45,891 nucleotides of DNA from a virus (IMGVR_UViG_3300021976_000030:1-45891), one strand, 5' to 3'. Counted from the first letter of the stretch, positions 7,812 through 17,686 are shown. Translations and numbers: made by a program. Notes: a model not told the origin generated them from the letters alone.

Positions 7812-10175
7812 ATGTTTCCACCTACTGAAGCTACTCAGGGTATTCCACAAGATATCCAGACTGAACCAGAGGCACCTACATTACCGCCTCCAATGAATCA
7901 GTCTGTTGATACTAAACCTGAGAGTGATGATGAAGGTGATGAAGAATATGTAGACCCTTTGGATGGAGAGGAAAGTCTACAAAAAGCAGTCATGGATATT
8001 CTTCATGACTTCGACCTTATTGAGGAGACTACTCGTAATTATAATATTAGAACTTATAAGAAGTGTGAGAATTACTGGCATCATATTCAGAATAACTATT
8101 GGTCTGAATATGCTGGTGATTGGAGAACTCCGGCGCAGTTCTTTGAACAGAATCCAGATCAGCCATTCTCGGATGTTGATTTAAAAATTACTAATATCTA
8201 TCGTGCACATGGTGAGTCTATTGTAGCAGCTCTATCTGTCAAGCCTCCATCTGTTAGGTTTTTTCCTAATGATGCTGATAGACCTGAGGATATTACGAGC
8301 GCTAAAGCTCACAGTAAAATTGGTAAGATGATTGAGCGTCAGAATAAGGCTAAGCTCCTTCTGATGCGAATGATTTATATCTTATACAATCAGGGATTCG
8401 TTGCAGTTCATAACTACTCTCATGAATCTGAAGAATATGGAGTAGTTCAGAAGCCTAAGTATGGGAAGAAGAAAGTTCATTACTCTAAAGCTCTATGTGC
8501 CGTATGTGGAGAAACTCTATCTGAAGAAGGTCCAAGTGATGAAGTTATTAAGGAACCTTCGGTAGTTCCACCTACTGTATGTCCAACTTGTGAGAATGAA
8601 GTTGTTCCATTATTTGAGAGCACTGAGGATGAAGTACGTTATCAAGATGGAACTATTAATAAGTCTAAGTGTAGACAGAAGTTAGTTCCCTATGGTCCTC
8701 TTAATGTTAAGGTTTCATCTTACGCTTATGATCAAAGAAGCGTGGGAATACTAGTTCTAGATTCTGAGCAAGCTTATGCTAAGGCTCAGGATATGTATCC
8801 TAATATTGCAGATAAGATTAGGCCAGGAACTTTAACTAATGATACTAGTGTAAGTGCTAGGACTCCTAATACTGTAGTAGATGCATATACTAAGAATAAC
8901 GTAACTGTTCGTCAATTCTGGTTACGCCCCTGGATGTTTAATGCATACACTAAATCAGGAGATCCACATGAAGATGCAATAGTACAGGCACTGAAGAAGA
9001 AGTTTCCCAATGGCGCTTGTATTCATGCTGTTAATGATTTGTATGCTGAATCTCAACCTGAATCATTAGATGCAGCTTGGAGTATTTCTTTCAATCCTAT
9101 GAGTCGTTATATCCACTCTGACCCCATTGGGTTAGGAATGTTGGATATTCAGGATATGAAGAATACTCTAGTTAATTTACAGGTTCAGTCAGTTGAATTT
9201 GGTATTCCTGAAACTTTCGTTGACTCAGAGATTTTAGACTTAGAAGCATATGCAAAAAATAGGGGAGGTCCAGGAATGACCTTTCCTGTTAAAGTTCCAA
9301 TTCCAGGTACTGCGATAGGTAATTACTTCTTCTCAAATAAGCAAGCTACGCTAACTGATGAAGCCGGTAGATTAGAGGATAGAGTTGATGCGTCTGGTCA
9401 ATTTATTTCTGGAGATTATCCTAGTATCTACGGTGGTCCTAATTCTGGAGATACTGCTGCTGAATATTCTATGTCCAGACAGCAAGCCCTTCAAAGACTT
9501 AGCACCACATGGACTATTCTCGGATTCTTATGGGCAGACGTTATCAAGCGCTCAGTTGAAGGATACATAAGTAATCTAAAAGAAGATGAATATTATGTAG
9601 AGAAGGAAGCTGAGAATTTTATTAATATCTGGATTAAGAAGTCAGAACTAGCTGGTAGTGTTGGAGAATGTTATCCTGAGGAAAGTGAGCAGTTTCCAAC
9701 ATCCTGGGCACAGCAACGTGAAGTAATGATGCAGTTAATTACTATGCAATCTCCCTTAATGGAAACTGTAATTGCTGACCCAAATAATAGAACTGAAATT
9801 GCTAAGTTACTTGGATTAGAGGCACTTTATATTCCTGGTGAACAAGATAGAAGGAAGCAGCTTGATGAAATCTCAGTCTTAGTTCAGGCTGAGCCAATTG
9901 ATACTGGTATAGTTAATCCTCAGACTGGACAAGCTGATTTACAATCTACAATTCAACCAGAGAAAATTGACGACCATAGAGTTCATATTGATACAGCTAA
10001 ACATTGGATGAATAGTGAAGTTGGTCAGTATTATAAAGAGAATAAACCAAGTCGTTACTTAAATGTTATGCTTCATATGGAAGCGCATGAAATGATGGAA
10101 CAGGCTATGATGATGTCTATGGGTCAAACAGGCCCAGGACAACCAGAACCTACAGCGGGGAGTGGAGTAAATTAA
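7812..10175 (+). CDS. portal protein (podovirus/P22-like) with CxxC...CxxC insertion
   Basis: Size and position after terL; NIYRAHGESIVAALS...P; DIQDMKNTLVN; C-terminal DDHRVHI and Q/M-rich tail. Confidence 0.85.
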   Translation: MFPPTEATQGIPQDIQTEPEAPTLPPPMNQSVDTKPESDDEGDEEYVDPLDGEESLQKAVMDILHDFDLIEETTRNYNIRTYKKCENYWHHIQNNYWSEYAGDWRTPAQFFEQNPDQPFSDVDLKITNIYRAHGESIVAALSVKPPSVRFFPNDADRPEDITSAKAHSKIGKMIERQNKAKLLLMRMIYILYNQGFVAVHNYSHESEEYGVVQKPKYGKKKVHYSKALCAVCGETLSEEGPSDEVIKEPSVVPPTVCPTCENEVVPLFESTEDEVRYQDGTINKSKCRQKLVPYGPLNVKVSSYAYDQRSVGILVLDSEQAYAKAQDMYPNIADKIRPGTLTNDTSVSARTPNTVVDAYTKNNVTVRQFWLRPWMFNAYTKSGDPHEDAIVQALKKKFPNGACIHAVNDLYAESQPESLDAAWSISFNPMSRYIHSDPIGLGMLDIQDMKNTLVNLQVQSVEFGIPETFVDSEILDLEAYAKNRGGPGMTFPVKVPIPGTAIGNYFFSNKQATLTDEAGRLEDRVDASGQFISGDYPSIYGGPNSGDTAAEYSMSRQQALQRLSTTWTILGFLWADVIKRSVEGYISNLKEDEYYVEKEAENFINIWIKKSELAGSVGECYPEESEQFPTSWAQQREVMMQLITMQSPLMETVIADPNNRTEIAKLLGLEALYIPGEQDRRKQLDEISVLVQAEPIDTGIVNPQTGQADLQSTIQPEKIDDHRVHIDTAKHWMNSEVGQYYKENKPSRYLNVMLHMEAHEMMEQAMMMSMGQTGPGQPEPTAGSGVN

Positions 10176-10179
10176 TCTT

Positions 10180-10599
10180 ATGAGAAAGTATATTAAACAC
10201 ATCACATGGATTCCATTAATTTTCGGGCTAGTCTTAATATCTTATGATACGACTAAAGCTCAAATTACTAAGAATCAACCTTGGGCTGCGCAGGTAACTC
10301 TAGCTGCGGGAGATACTACTAAAACTCTATTAGCTGCACCGGGAGCTGGTAGAACTACAGTAGTTACTAGTTTAGCTTGTACTGTAGGTTTAGCTGCTGC
10401 ACAAGTTGTGACAGTTGCAGGTGGAACTAGTACATATCTAGTTATTGGAGCTTCTGCACCATTGGCTACTTATTTTACACCTGATATGGTTTATGGTTTA
10501 GCTGCGCCAGTTAATACAGCCATTATCATTACTCCTGCGGCCGCTGGTCCTATTGTATTCTGTATTGCTGAAGGTTATTATACTACAACTGGTGTCTAA
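10180..10599 (+). CDS. signal-peptide-bearing beta-rich protein (possible virion accessory)
   Basis: Basic N-terminus, hydrophobic stretch, TKA-Q cleavage-like site; Ala/Thr/Val-rich body. Confidence 0.55.
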   Translation: MRKYIKHITWIPLIFGLVLISYDTTKAQITKNQPWAAQVTLAAGDTTKTLLAAPGAGRTTVVTSLACTVGLAAAQVVTVAGGTSTYLVIGASAPLATYFTPDMVYGLAAPVNTAIIITPAAAGPIVFCIAEGYYTTTGV

Positions 10600-10612
10600 T
10601 TAATTCTGGAGA

Positions 10613-11833
10613 ATGATAATGGCTGATGAACTTAAAGTTGAAATTAATCCTGATTTGAATGATGAGAAGTCTGACCTCGACTTATTGAATGATGATACTA
10701 AAATTCCTGAAAAGGAAGAAGAAGTAAAATTAGATGATAAGGAAGATATACTCGAAACTGAGGAAGAGGATGAAGATAAACTGGAAGTTGAGGAAGATAA
10801 TGAGGATGAAGAAACTGAAGAGGAAGAACTTCCAGAAAGTAAGTTAAGGCCATCTCTCAAAACTATGACGGATAAGTTTCCGGATCTTCCTAAGATTCTG
10901 AAAGCTTTTCCTCAGTTACGTGATGCATACTATCGTGAAGGTAAGTTTACTCAGATATTTCCTACAGTTGAAGATGCTACTCAGGCGAGTGAATTAGCTG
11001 ATACATTCCAGGAATTTAACGAACATTTTATTAATGGTAGTTCTAAGGAACTTTTAGCTGCTTTAAGCCAGAATAATCCTGATAGCTTAAAGAAGTTAGC
11101 TACTAATTTTCTACCTACTCTTAATGAACTGAACGCTGACTTATTCTACGATGCAATTATTCCTAGTATTAATAATGTAATCCGCAACCTTCACACAACT
11201 GGTGAGAAGGAAAAAGATAATAACATGATGGGAGCTGCTAAAATTCTTAGCAAGTTCTTACATGGAACATACGATATTCCAATTCAAGAAACTAAGAAAG
11301 ACCCTGAGATTGAGCGTGAGCGTAAGAAATTAGACGATGAGCGTAATACAGTTGAACGAGAGAAATATGATGAATTCTCAACAACAGTTCATTCTCGTGC
11401 AAATCGTTTAATGACTAAAGCTATTACAGATGGTTTAGACCCTGAAGGAAGTTTAACAGAGTTTACTAAATCTGCAATTATCGAAAAAGTAATTGATAAA
11501 ATTGGCGAGGAATTAGAGAAAGACCCACAGCATAATAAGTTAATGGAGAAGCTGTGGAAGGGCGCGCAGCAAACGAGATATAAGGGTGAATCAGCAGACA
11601 GATTATTAACCGCGTTCCTGTCACGCGCTAAGCGATTAATCCCTGAAATCCGAGCTAAGTTCAAAGCTGAAGCACTAGGTACAAGTACTAGAAAAGGTAA
11701 TGGTATCGCTAAGACTACTAAGAGGGATGCCACTACTGGAACTAAGACTAGGGAAGTTAATAGTTCAAAGATTCCAGCTAAGACTGATAGGAATTTTTGG
11801 AAGCAAAATTCAGACAGAGCATTATTAGATTAA
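10613..11833 (+). CDS. putative scaffolding protein
   Basis: Very acidic N-terminus, helical body, basic C-terminus; sits between portal and capsid. Confidence 0.65.
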   Translation: MIMADELKVEINPDLNDEKSDLDLLNDDTKIPEKEEEVKLDDKEDILETEEEDEDKLEVEEDNEDEETEEEELPESKLRPSLKTMTDKFPDLPKILKAFPQLRDAYYREGKFTQIFPTVEDATQASELADTFQEFNEHFINGSSKELLAALSQNNPDSLKKLATNFLPTLNELNADLFYDAIIPSINNVIRNLHTTGEKEKDNNMMGAAKILSKFLHGTYDIPIQETKKDPEIERERKKLDDERNTVEREKYDEFSTTVHSRANRLMTKAITDGLDPEGSLTEFTKSAIIEKVIDKIGEELEKDPQHNKLMEKLWKGAQQTRYKGESADRLLTAFLSRAKRLIPEIRAKFKAEALGTSTRKGNGIAKTTKRDATTGTKTREVNSSKIPAKTDRNFWKQNSDRALLD

Positions 11834-11837
11834 TTTT

Positions 11838-11933
11838 ATGGAATTATTATTAATCGGATTATTAGGATATGCATCTCCAGCGATAGGAATTGCATATGTT
11901 AAACTTTGTGAGAAATTGATTGGAAGGAAATAA
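11838..11933 (+). CDS. 31-aa hydrophobic leader peptide coupled to capsid gene
   Basis: MELLLIGLLGYASPAIGIAYVKLCEKLIGRK; stop overlaps capsid ATG (TAATG); fills the intergenic gap exactly. Confidence 0.5.
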   Translation: MELLLIGLLGYASPAIGIAYVKLCEKLIGRK

Positions 11934-13180
11934 TGTTATTAGAAGCACAAATTAGTGGAGCTGAACTTGAAGCAGTTAGGAAGAAGCTTCCACTATTACT
12001 CGAACGTGATGATACTTGGTTCTCTAATGTTGAGAAGAAAGATGTAGAGAAAGTATCGGCGCGAGATATGCGAATTCCACTGGAATTGCGTCCCGGTGGT
12101 AACTTTGGATATTTTGATCCTGATGGTGGAGACTTAGGAACGGGCGATGGTCCGACTATTTCTGCTGCAACTATTGGTACTGTTCACATGAAGTTAGGTG
12201 TTCAGTGGACTAAGAAAGCAGAATGGTCAACTGACGACCAGAGGAAAAGCATTGTAAGTACATTTAAGCATTTAGTTGCAACTGGAATGAAAGAATTTCG
12301 GCGGCAGCTTGATAGTCAGTGTTTAACTGGTGGTGATGGAGCTATTGGAACTATTAGTAACGTAGGAACTGCATTAGGTATTGATACCTATACATTAGGT
12401 TCTGATGGCTTCGGCGCTCGTTTATTACGTTTTGGACAATCCATTAACGTATATAATGCTGCTCTGAGTACTAATCGTACGCTTGCTAATGAACGTAAAA
12501 TTCTTTCTTACGACTTAGCTAACAAGCAGATTACTGTTAATGCAGTAACTGGTGCGATTGCAACTGATAGGATTGTTACTGGTGGACTTTCAGCTACTCC
12601 TGCTGTGGGTTTATTCGGTTTACCTTATCATCACTCTAATGCTTCTACTGGAACATGGTTAGGTTTTAACCGCGCAACTACACCAGAAATTCGAGCAAAT
12701 CGAGTTAATGCTGGTGGTGGTTTAGCGCTTCCTTTTGCACGTTTGGCAATCAATAAGATTGGCGATCGTGTTGGAATGGATACGCAGGTTCAGGTTGAAG
12801 CTTGGATGCATCCATGTCAAAAGCAGGCTTATGAACAGCTTGGTCAACTTGTCAGCGTTATTCAGAAGCAGCCAAAGGATGAGGCGCTTGATTTATTCTT
12901 TGGTGATAATATGCAGCTGGCTGGTGCTCCTATCCGCACACATTTTAGCTGGGATAAGACCCGTATTGATTTTGCTGCTAAGAATCTTTGGGGTCGTGCG
13001 GAAATGCATGAAGCTGACTTCTATGATGTTGGTGGGCGTAGGTATTTTGAATCTCGTGGTGCAAGTGGTGGTGTGGCTGCGAGCCAGATTTTCTATCTTA
13101 GCTCATCCTTTAACTTGTTCCACTCTAATCCAGCGGCAGCAAGCTATATTGATGGATTGACTGTTCCTGCTGGTTACTAA
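11933..13180 (+). CDS. major capsid protein
   Basis: 415 aa after scaffold; strong RBS; G/A-rich HK97-fold-like pattern ending ...SYIDGLTVPAGY. Confidence 0.8.
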   Translation: MLLEAQISGAELEAVRKKLPLLLERDDTWFSNVEKKDVEKVSARDMRIPLELRPGGNFGYFDPDGGDLGTGDGPTISAATIGTVHMKLGVQWTKKAEWSTDDQRKSIVSTFKHLVATGMKEFRRQLDSQCLTGGDGAIGTISNVGTALGIDTYTLGSDGFGARLLRFGQSINVYNAALSTNRTLANERKILSYDLANKQITVNAVTGAIATDRIVTGGLSATPAVGLFGLPYHHSNASTGTWLGFNRATTPEIRANRVNAGGGLALPFARLAINKIGDRVGMDTQVQVEAWMHPCQKQAYEQLGQLVSVIQKQPKDEALDLFFGDNMQLAGAPIRTHFSWDKTRIDFAAKNLWGRAEMHEADFYDVGGRRYFESRGASGGVAASQIFYLSSSFNLFHSNPAAASYIDGLTVPAGY

Positions 13181-13211
13181 GTTTTTATTAACTTAAGAGA
13201 GGAAGAATAAG

Positions 13212-13574
13212 ATGTTAAGGAAAGATAGTATTGCTGCGTTACAGGAAGATAATGTTACTGAAGCTGACTTTCGATTTCTCACTACAATTGGTGGTCAGCA
13301 ACAGTCTCTAGATGGTGGTGTTGTAGCATCATTAGCTGGAGTTTTACCTGCACCTCAGGCTTTTATGACTGTGGTTTCAGGTGCATTAGCTCTCACAGGT
13401 ATTACACTTCCATATCCTACGTTCGCGGGTATGATTTGTTTACTTCCTACTGGTATATTTACTTGGACGGCGGCAGGTAATATTGCAGTAGCTGGAACTG
13501 CTGTTGTGGGTAAGGCTCTTTATTTCACTTACCTTCCTTCAACTGGTAAGTGGTATCCTAGTTATCTCGCATAA
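13212..13574 (+). CDS. putative capsid decoration/structural protein
   Basis: Immediately after MCP; GAGG RBS; small beta-rich protein. Confidence 0.5.
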   Translation: MLRKDSIAALQEDNVTEADFRFLTTIGGQQQSLDGGVVASLAGVLPAPQAFMTVVSGALALTGITLPYPTFAGMICLLPTGIFTWTAAGNIAVAGTAVVGKALYFTYLPSTGKWYPSYLA

Positions 13575-13595
13575 TTGAACTAATGAAAGGAAAGG

Positions 13596-13907
13596 ATGGA
13601 ACTACACATACACATACATAACCCTGATGTAGAAGTTAAGATTGACAAAGTGATCAAAAAACTGGAGACTATAGTGAATAAAGTTGATGAATTGAAAGCG
13701 GAACTCACTGCAGCAAATGAAGTTACGAATGAAATTGCTGTGGATGTTCAGGATTTACTTAATAAGCTGGTTGTTGGTGGACTGACTGCTGCTGAAGCTG
13801 ATGAAGTTAAGGCACAGATTGTTACGCTTACAGCTCGTTTGCGTGCAGTTGCATCACAGCATAGTACGGAACCAGTGGACCCAAACGTCCCTGTCGTTGA
13901 AGGTTAA
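13596..13907 (+). CDS. coiled-coil protein
   Basis: Heptad pattern; AAGGA RBS. Confidence 0.65.
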   Translation: MELHIHIHNPDVEVKIDKVIKKLETIVNKVDELKAELTAANEVTNEIAVDVQDLLNKLVVGGLTAAEADEVKAQIVTLTARLRAVASQHSTEPVDPNVPVVEG

Positions 13908-13923
13908 TTAACTTTTATAGGAG

Positions 13924-14006
13924 ATTCTAACCCTAGCGAAATATTAAAAGTTCCAGTCTGACCAAAAGGACTAGATAGGGTTTAATAAAGTAGCTAGGGT
14001 TAGGAT
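13924..14006 (+). ncRNA. candidate structured intergenic RNA (long hairpin with loop-E-like internal loop)
   Basis: CTAACCCTAGC/GCTAGGGTTAG outer stem, GAAA/AAGTA internal loop, TATTAAA/TTTAATA, AGTC/GACT. Confidence 0.45.
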
Positions 14007-14013
14007 AATTAAA

Positions 14014-14559
14014 ATGCTATCAACTAATGAACTCTCTAACTATAACGATTCATTACTACTCAAGTATGGTAGGATATTTGATAGACCTAAGTATAGAATT
14101 ACATGGTCTACTGAAGCTTTTGAACAAAGATATGTGGAAGGTAAAGAATATATTGGAAATATCTATCTAAGGGATGTTAAGGCTATTAAGGAAATGCCTA
14201 AGTATCCTAGAGATAAAGATAGATATGTCCTAGAGATTTTAGTTGAGATTCCGGCGGCGCTCAAAGATGAGTTAGTGGGAGATAGAGGACTGACCTATGA
14301 GCCTCTCTACTTCTTTAAGAAGAAAGAACAATATATCCAACCTAACTGGTTATTAATTGATTGTATAGCTTGTTTCTCACATTTTCCAATTGTTGAAGCT
14401 GTTGATTCATTAGTGTCACAGTTTATTAAAGCTGATAGGAAAGAATATGAGGAATGCTTAGATATTATTAATGATGAATTACCTGATATGGCTATAGCTC
14501 TTAGGCGTGGACATGCTGCATTTATTGACAGCACTAAGAAATTTCACTTGATTAATTAG
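14014..14559 (+). CDS. hypothetical protein
   Basis: ORF track, 181 aa. Confidence 0.7.
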   Translation: MLSTNELSNYNDSLLLKYGRIFDRPKYRITWSTEAFEQRYVEGKEYIGNIYLRDVKAIKEMPKYPRDKDRYVLEILVEIPAALKDELVGDRGLTYEPLYFFKKKEQYIQPNWLLIDCIACFSHFPIVEAVDSLVSQFIKADRKEYEECLDIINDELPDMAIALRRGHAAFIDSTKKFHLIN

Positions 14560-14568
14560 GAGTATATT

Positions 14569-14790
14569 ATGAATGGTATTGGTTGGGCTATTAAACAGAT
14601 GCAACATGGTTTAAGGGTTTCTAGGTCTGGTTGGAATGGTAAGGGAATGTGGTTAGCACTACAAGTTCCAGATGTTAATTCCAAGATGACATTATCTTAT
14701 ATTTATATGTATACGGCGCAGGGAGATTTAGTGCCTTGGTTAGCTTCGCAAACAGATATTTTAGCTAATGATTGGGATGTGGTGAATTAG
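14569..14790 (+). CDS. DUF2829 / Tad2-family protein (candidate nucleotide-signal sponge)
   Basis: Family signature G.RV.R.GWNGKGMW...PWLASQTDILA.DW. Confidence 0.85.
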   Translation: MNGIGWAIKQMQHGLRVSRSGWNGKGMWLALQVPDVNSKMTLSYIYMYTAQGDLVPWLASQTDILANDWDVVN

Positions 14791-14791
14791 T

Positions 14792-15424
14792 ATGGAACCT
14801 TCAGTAACTATTGTATCGATTCTCCCATACGAAATTTATGACTCGAAGCCTAATCTTTACCCTGGGAACTTTACTATCCCTGCTGGTAATGCGGCAAAGC
14901 CGGGTTTATTGGAAATTGAGCGTTCTACATTTCATATTCCTATGGCTTTTGGCGCTCCTCCTATGCGAGCGCATTCTAGTCCATTTGAAGTAGCTACATC
15001 AGTAGTTAATGATTATGTCGGCGCATTACTTAGTGTTGGTCCTGATACTAAACCTGGAGTTTGGGTAGAAGATAAGACATTTAAGAATTCAGCTTTAGCT
15101 GCAGTTCAATTAGCTGAGAAGATTGCTGAAGTTCTGATTAAGCAGCAGAAGTGGTTCTTTAGCTTAGTTAATTTAGCTGACGCTGAATATAATAAGCACA
15201 AGAATGCAATGGCAATTTCAGACTTTCAGAAGATGGCGGCGCGAGAACTTAATCTTAAGGATAAGCCGTGGCTACTGGATATGTCTCAGCTTGCTATTAA
15301 TAACTGTCCAGCATGTTACGCAGCAATTAATGCTAACGCTATTATTTGTTCGTCTTGTAGGTATGTTATTAAACCGGAACTTTACGATTCCAAGAAATTT
15401 GCAGTCGAGACAAGGGCACAATAG
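14792..15424 (+). CDS. hypothetical protein with C-terminal zinc ribbon
   Basis: CPAC...CSSC near the C-terminus. Confidence 0.7.
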   Translation: MEPSVTIVSILPYEIYDSKPNLYPGNFTIPAGNAAKPGLLEIERSTFHIPMAFGAPPMRAHSSPFEVATSVVNDYVGALLSVGPDTKPGVWVEDKTFKNSALAAVQLAEKIAEVLIKQQKWFFSLVNLADAEYNKHKNAMAISDFQKMAARELNLKDKPWLLDMSQLAINNCPACYAAINANAIICSSCRYVIKPELYDSKKFAVETRAQ

Positions 15425-17281
15425 ATGGCTGGATTACTAGCTAGTGAGATAATGGATGAGGCGGCGTTATTATTAAATGACGCTAGTAGACTCACGTTTA
15501 CATACACAATCCAGATTCCCTGGTTAAAGCGTGCAATTAACCAGTTCACTGATGAACTAGCTGTTAATTCAATCAAGTTACTCAATAAGACTGGCGTTGT
15601 AGTATATCCAGTAGTGGGAGCTACTACGACTATTGCAATGCCACCTGATTGTTTAATTCCTACTAAGCTGGAGGAACGAGCATTAGGTAGTTCTGATGCA
15701 TGGATTCCTATGACTGAAGTAGGAAGTATCAGTGCTAATTCTAACATTGGTCAGAGTTCATTCTTAATTTGGGCATTTCAGGGAACTCTATTAAATTCAG
15801 TTCCAGTTATTGATGTTCCAACTATTACTGGATTGAAGGAAATTAGAGTTACCTATGAACGCTTTCTACCCTACTCTGGTATTACTAGTGCATCAGATTT
15901 TACCACTGCTCTCACAATTCAATCTAAAGGATTCTTAGCATCTAAAGTTGCTGAGTTTATTTCTCGCTTCGTCCTAGCTAATAAGCAACGAGCTGATGAA
16001 TTAAAGCCTGAGAGTGGTATGTGCTTGCATAAGATTGTGCAAGTATGGACTAGGAATAAACAGAATAAACCAGTAAGACATACTAGATTTAATGTTCAAA
16101 CTGATTTCATTCCAGCTACTCCAGTAAGTAGTGGTGGTTCTAGCATAGTTATTAATTCTAATAATATATTAGATTGGACTAATGTAAAGAATGCACCTTA
16201 TAATGCTAAGGGCGATGGATTAACTGATGATACTACAGCTATTATAGCAGCTTATAATGCTACTCCTACAGGTGGAACTCTTTATTTTCCTAAGGGAGTT
16301 TACATCATTACTGGATTAATATGTAATAAGACTATTGATATTAGGGGTGATGGTGCTTATTCAGTTATTCGTAATACTGGAGCTGGGAAAGATGCAATAT
16401 TTTTTGATGGATTAACTATTGGTTATATTATAGCTGCATCTGTTAGAGATATTTCAATTTGTGGTTCGGCTGGAACTAGAGATGGATTAAGGTTATCTCA
16501 AGTTCATCAATCAGTATTTGAGAATGTTAAGGTATGTGGAACTGGAGCTACTGGTTTTCATTTAATGGGTTGTCTATTAAACTCATTTATAGGTTGTTCA
16601 GCTTCTACTAATTTAACTAATTTTAGTGGACTACCTATAGCTGTAATGCAACGTGGTTGGCATTTAGATAGTCAGGTTGGTGGTATTGGAGATAGTAACG
16701 GTAATACATTTACAGCTTGTCATGCTGAAGGAATTACTACTGCACCAGGTATTGGATTTGATGTATATTTCGCATTCGGTAATTCTTTTATTTCATGTAT
16801 ATCTGAAAGTAATACTGTTGGATTAAATCTAGGTCAAGATATTGGAATTGAAGCAACTAGAAATTCGTTTGTAAGTATATATTTTGAAGCTAATGGAACG
16901 AATACTATTGGGAATAGAAATAATAATGCATTTATAGGTAGTTATGATTTAGTTGATTTTGTTAATTGGTTTGGTGATGTAACTGTACAGGACACATTAA
17001 ATTTAGGCGCTACTCCAGCTACTGGTGGAATGGTTAATTTAACTAACAATAAATATATTAGAGCTAGAGGAGTTGCTGGAGGTGGGGCTAATCTTATAGG
17101 AATGGATACTGGTAATGTAATTCTTATTGGTGATCCTAACTTTAGTTTAAGTTTAAATGGTCCCATAGGTTTTTATGGGGTTGCTCCAGTACTTAGACAA
17201 TTATTTCCAACTGGAACTGGTAAGACTGTAGATCAATTAATTACTGCACTTCAACTGTTAGGTTTATTAAGACAAGTATAA
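15425..17281 (+). CDS. head-tail adaptor-like domain fused to pectate-lyase-like beta-helix (tailspike)
   Basis: N-terminal ASEIMDEAALLLND adaptor-like start; NVKNAPYNAKGDGLTDDTTAI...LYFPKGVY beta-helix signature; G/N-rich rungs. Confidence 0.75.
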   Translation: MAGLLASEIMDEAALLLNDASRLTFTYTIQIPWLKRAINQFTDELAVNSIKLLNKTGVVVYPVVGATTTIAMPPDCLIPTKLEERALGSSDAWIPMTEVGSISANSNIGQSSFLIWAFQGTLLNSVPVIDVPTITGLKEIRVTYERFLPYSGITSASDFTTALTIQSKGFLASKVAEFISRFVLANKQRADELKPESGMCLHKIVQVWTRNKQNKPVRHTRFNVQTDFIPATPVSSGGSSIVINSNNILDWTNVKNAPYNAKGDGLTDDTTAIIAAYNATPTGGTLYFPKGVYIITGLICNKTIDIRGDGAYSVIRNTGAGKDAIFFDGLTIGYIIAASVRDISICGSAGTRDGLRLSQVHQSVFENVKVCGTGATGFHLMGCLLNSFIGCSASTNLTNFSGLPIAVMQRGWHLDSQVGGIGDSNGNTFTACHAEGITTAPGIGFDVYFAFGNSFISCISESNTVGLNLGQDIGIEATRNSFVSIYFEANGTNTIGNRNNNAFIGSYDLVDFVNWFGDVTVQDTLNLGATPATGGMVNLTNNKYIRARGVAGGGANLIGMDTGNVILIGDPNFSLSLNGPIGFYGVAPVLRQLFPTGTGKTVDQLITALQLLGLLRQV

Positions 17282-17293
17282 TAGGAGATTAAG

Positions 17294-17686
17294 ATGGACA
17301 CTTTTGATCCAAAGACAGGTTTGATTATTCCTCATAATGAACCTAAAAAGAATGAGCCTATTGTTGAAGCTCATATCATTCAACCTGCTAAGACTGTTGA
17401 TTTGATTGGGGGAGCATCTAATCCTTCAGTACCCACACATGGAACTGTTAAGGATGGTGACTTAGCTAATCAGGATGGGCAATCTATTACACTTCCTGAT
17501 GATGTTAAAAATCAATTACCTAGTGTAATTAAGGAAGATAGTGCTAACATGGTAGTTTATCGTGAGATGTTAGCTAAGGCTCATGATAGTCTTAATGGAG
17601 CACAGTTAGGTGATATTAATCCTGGTCATCCTTATTGGGGTCTTATGAATGCTGCTAGGCAGTATGCAAATGAGAGGAAACTGTAA
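17294..17686 (+). CDS. hypothetical protein
   Basis: ORF track; AGGAG RBS. Confidence 0.7.
   Translation: MDTFDPKTGLIIPHNEPKKNEPIVEAHIIQPAKTVDLIGGASNPSVPTHGTVKDGDLANQDGQSITLPDDVKNQLPSVIKEDSANMVVYREMLAKAHDSLNGAQLGDINPGHPYWGLMNAARQYANERKL

Noticed and set aside
10600-10860. Ser-rich minus-strand ORF
   Set aside because: Mirror of the Glu/Asp-rich scaffold N-terminus.
12735-13160. 141-aa alternative-frame ORF inside the capsid gene
   Set aside because: No RBS or slippery site noticed, and it ends before the capsid stop; likely a codon-bias artefact.
13924-14006. Hammerhead ribozyme
   Set aside because: GAAA is present but the CUGANGA core is absent (CTGACCA) and the topology does not fit.
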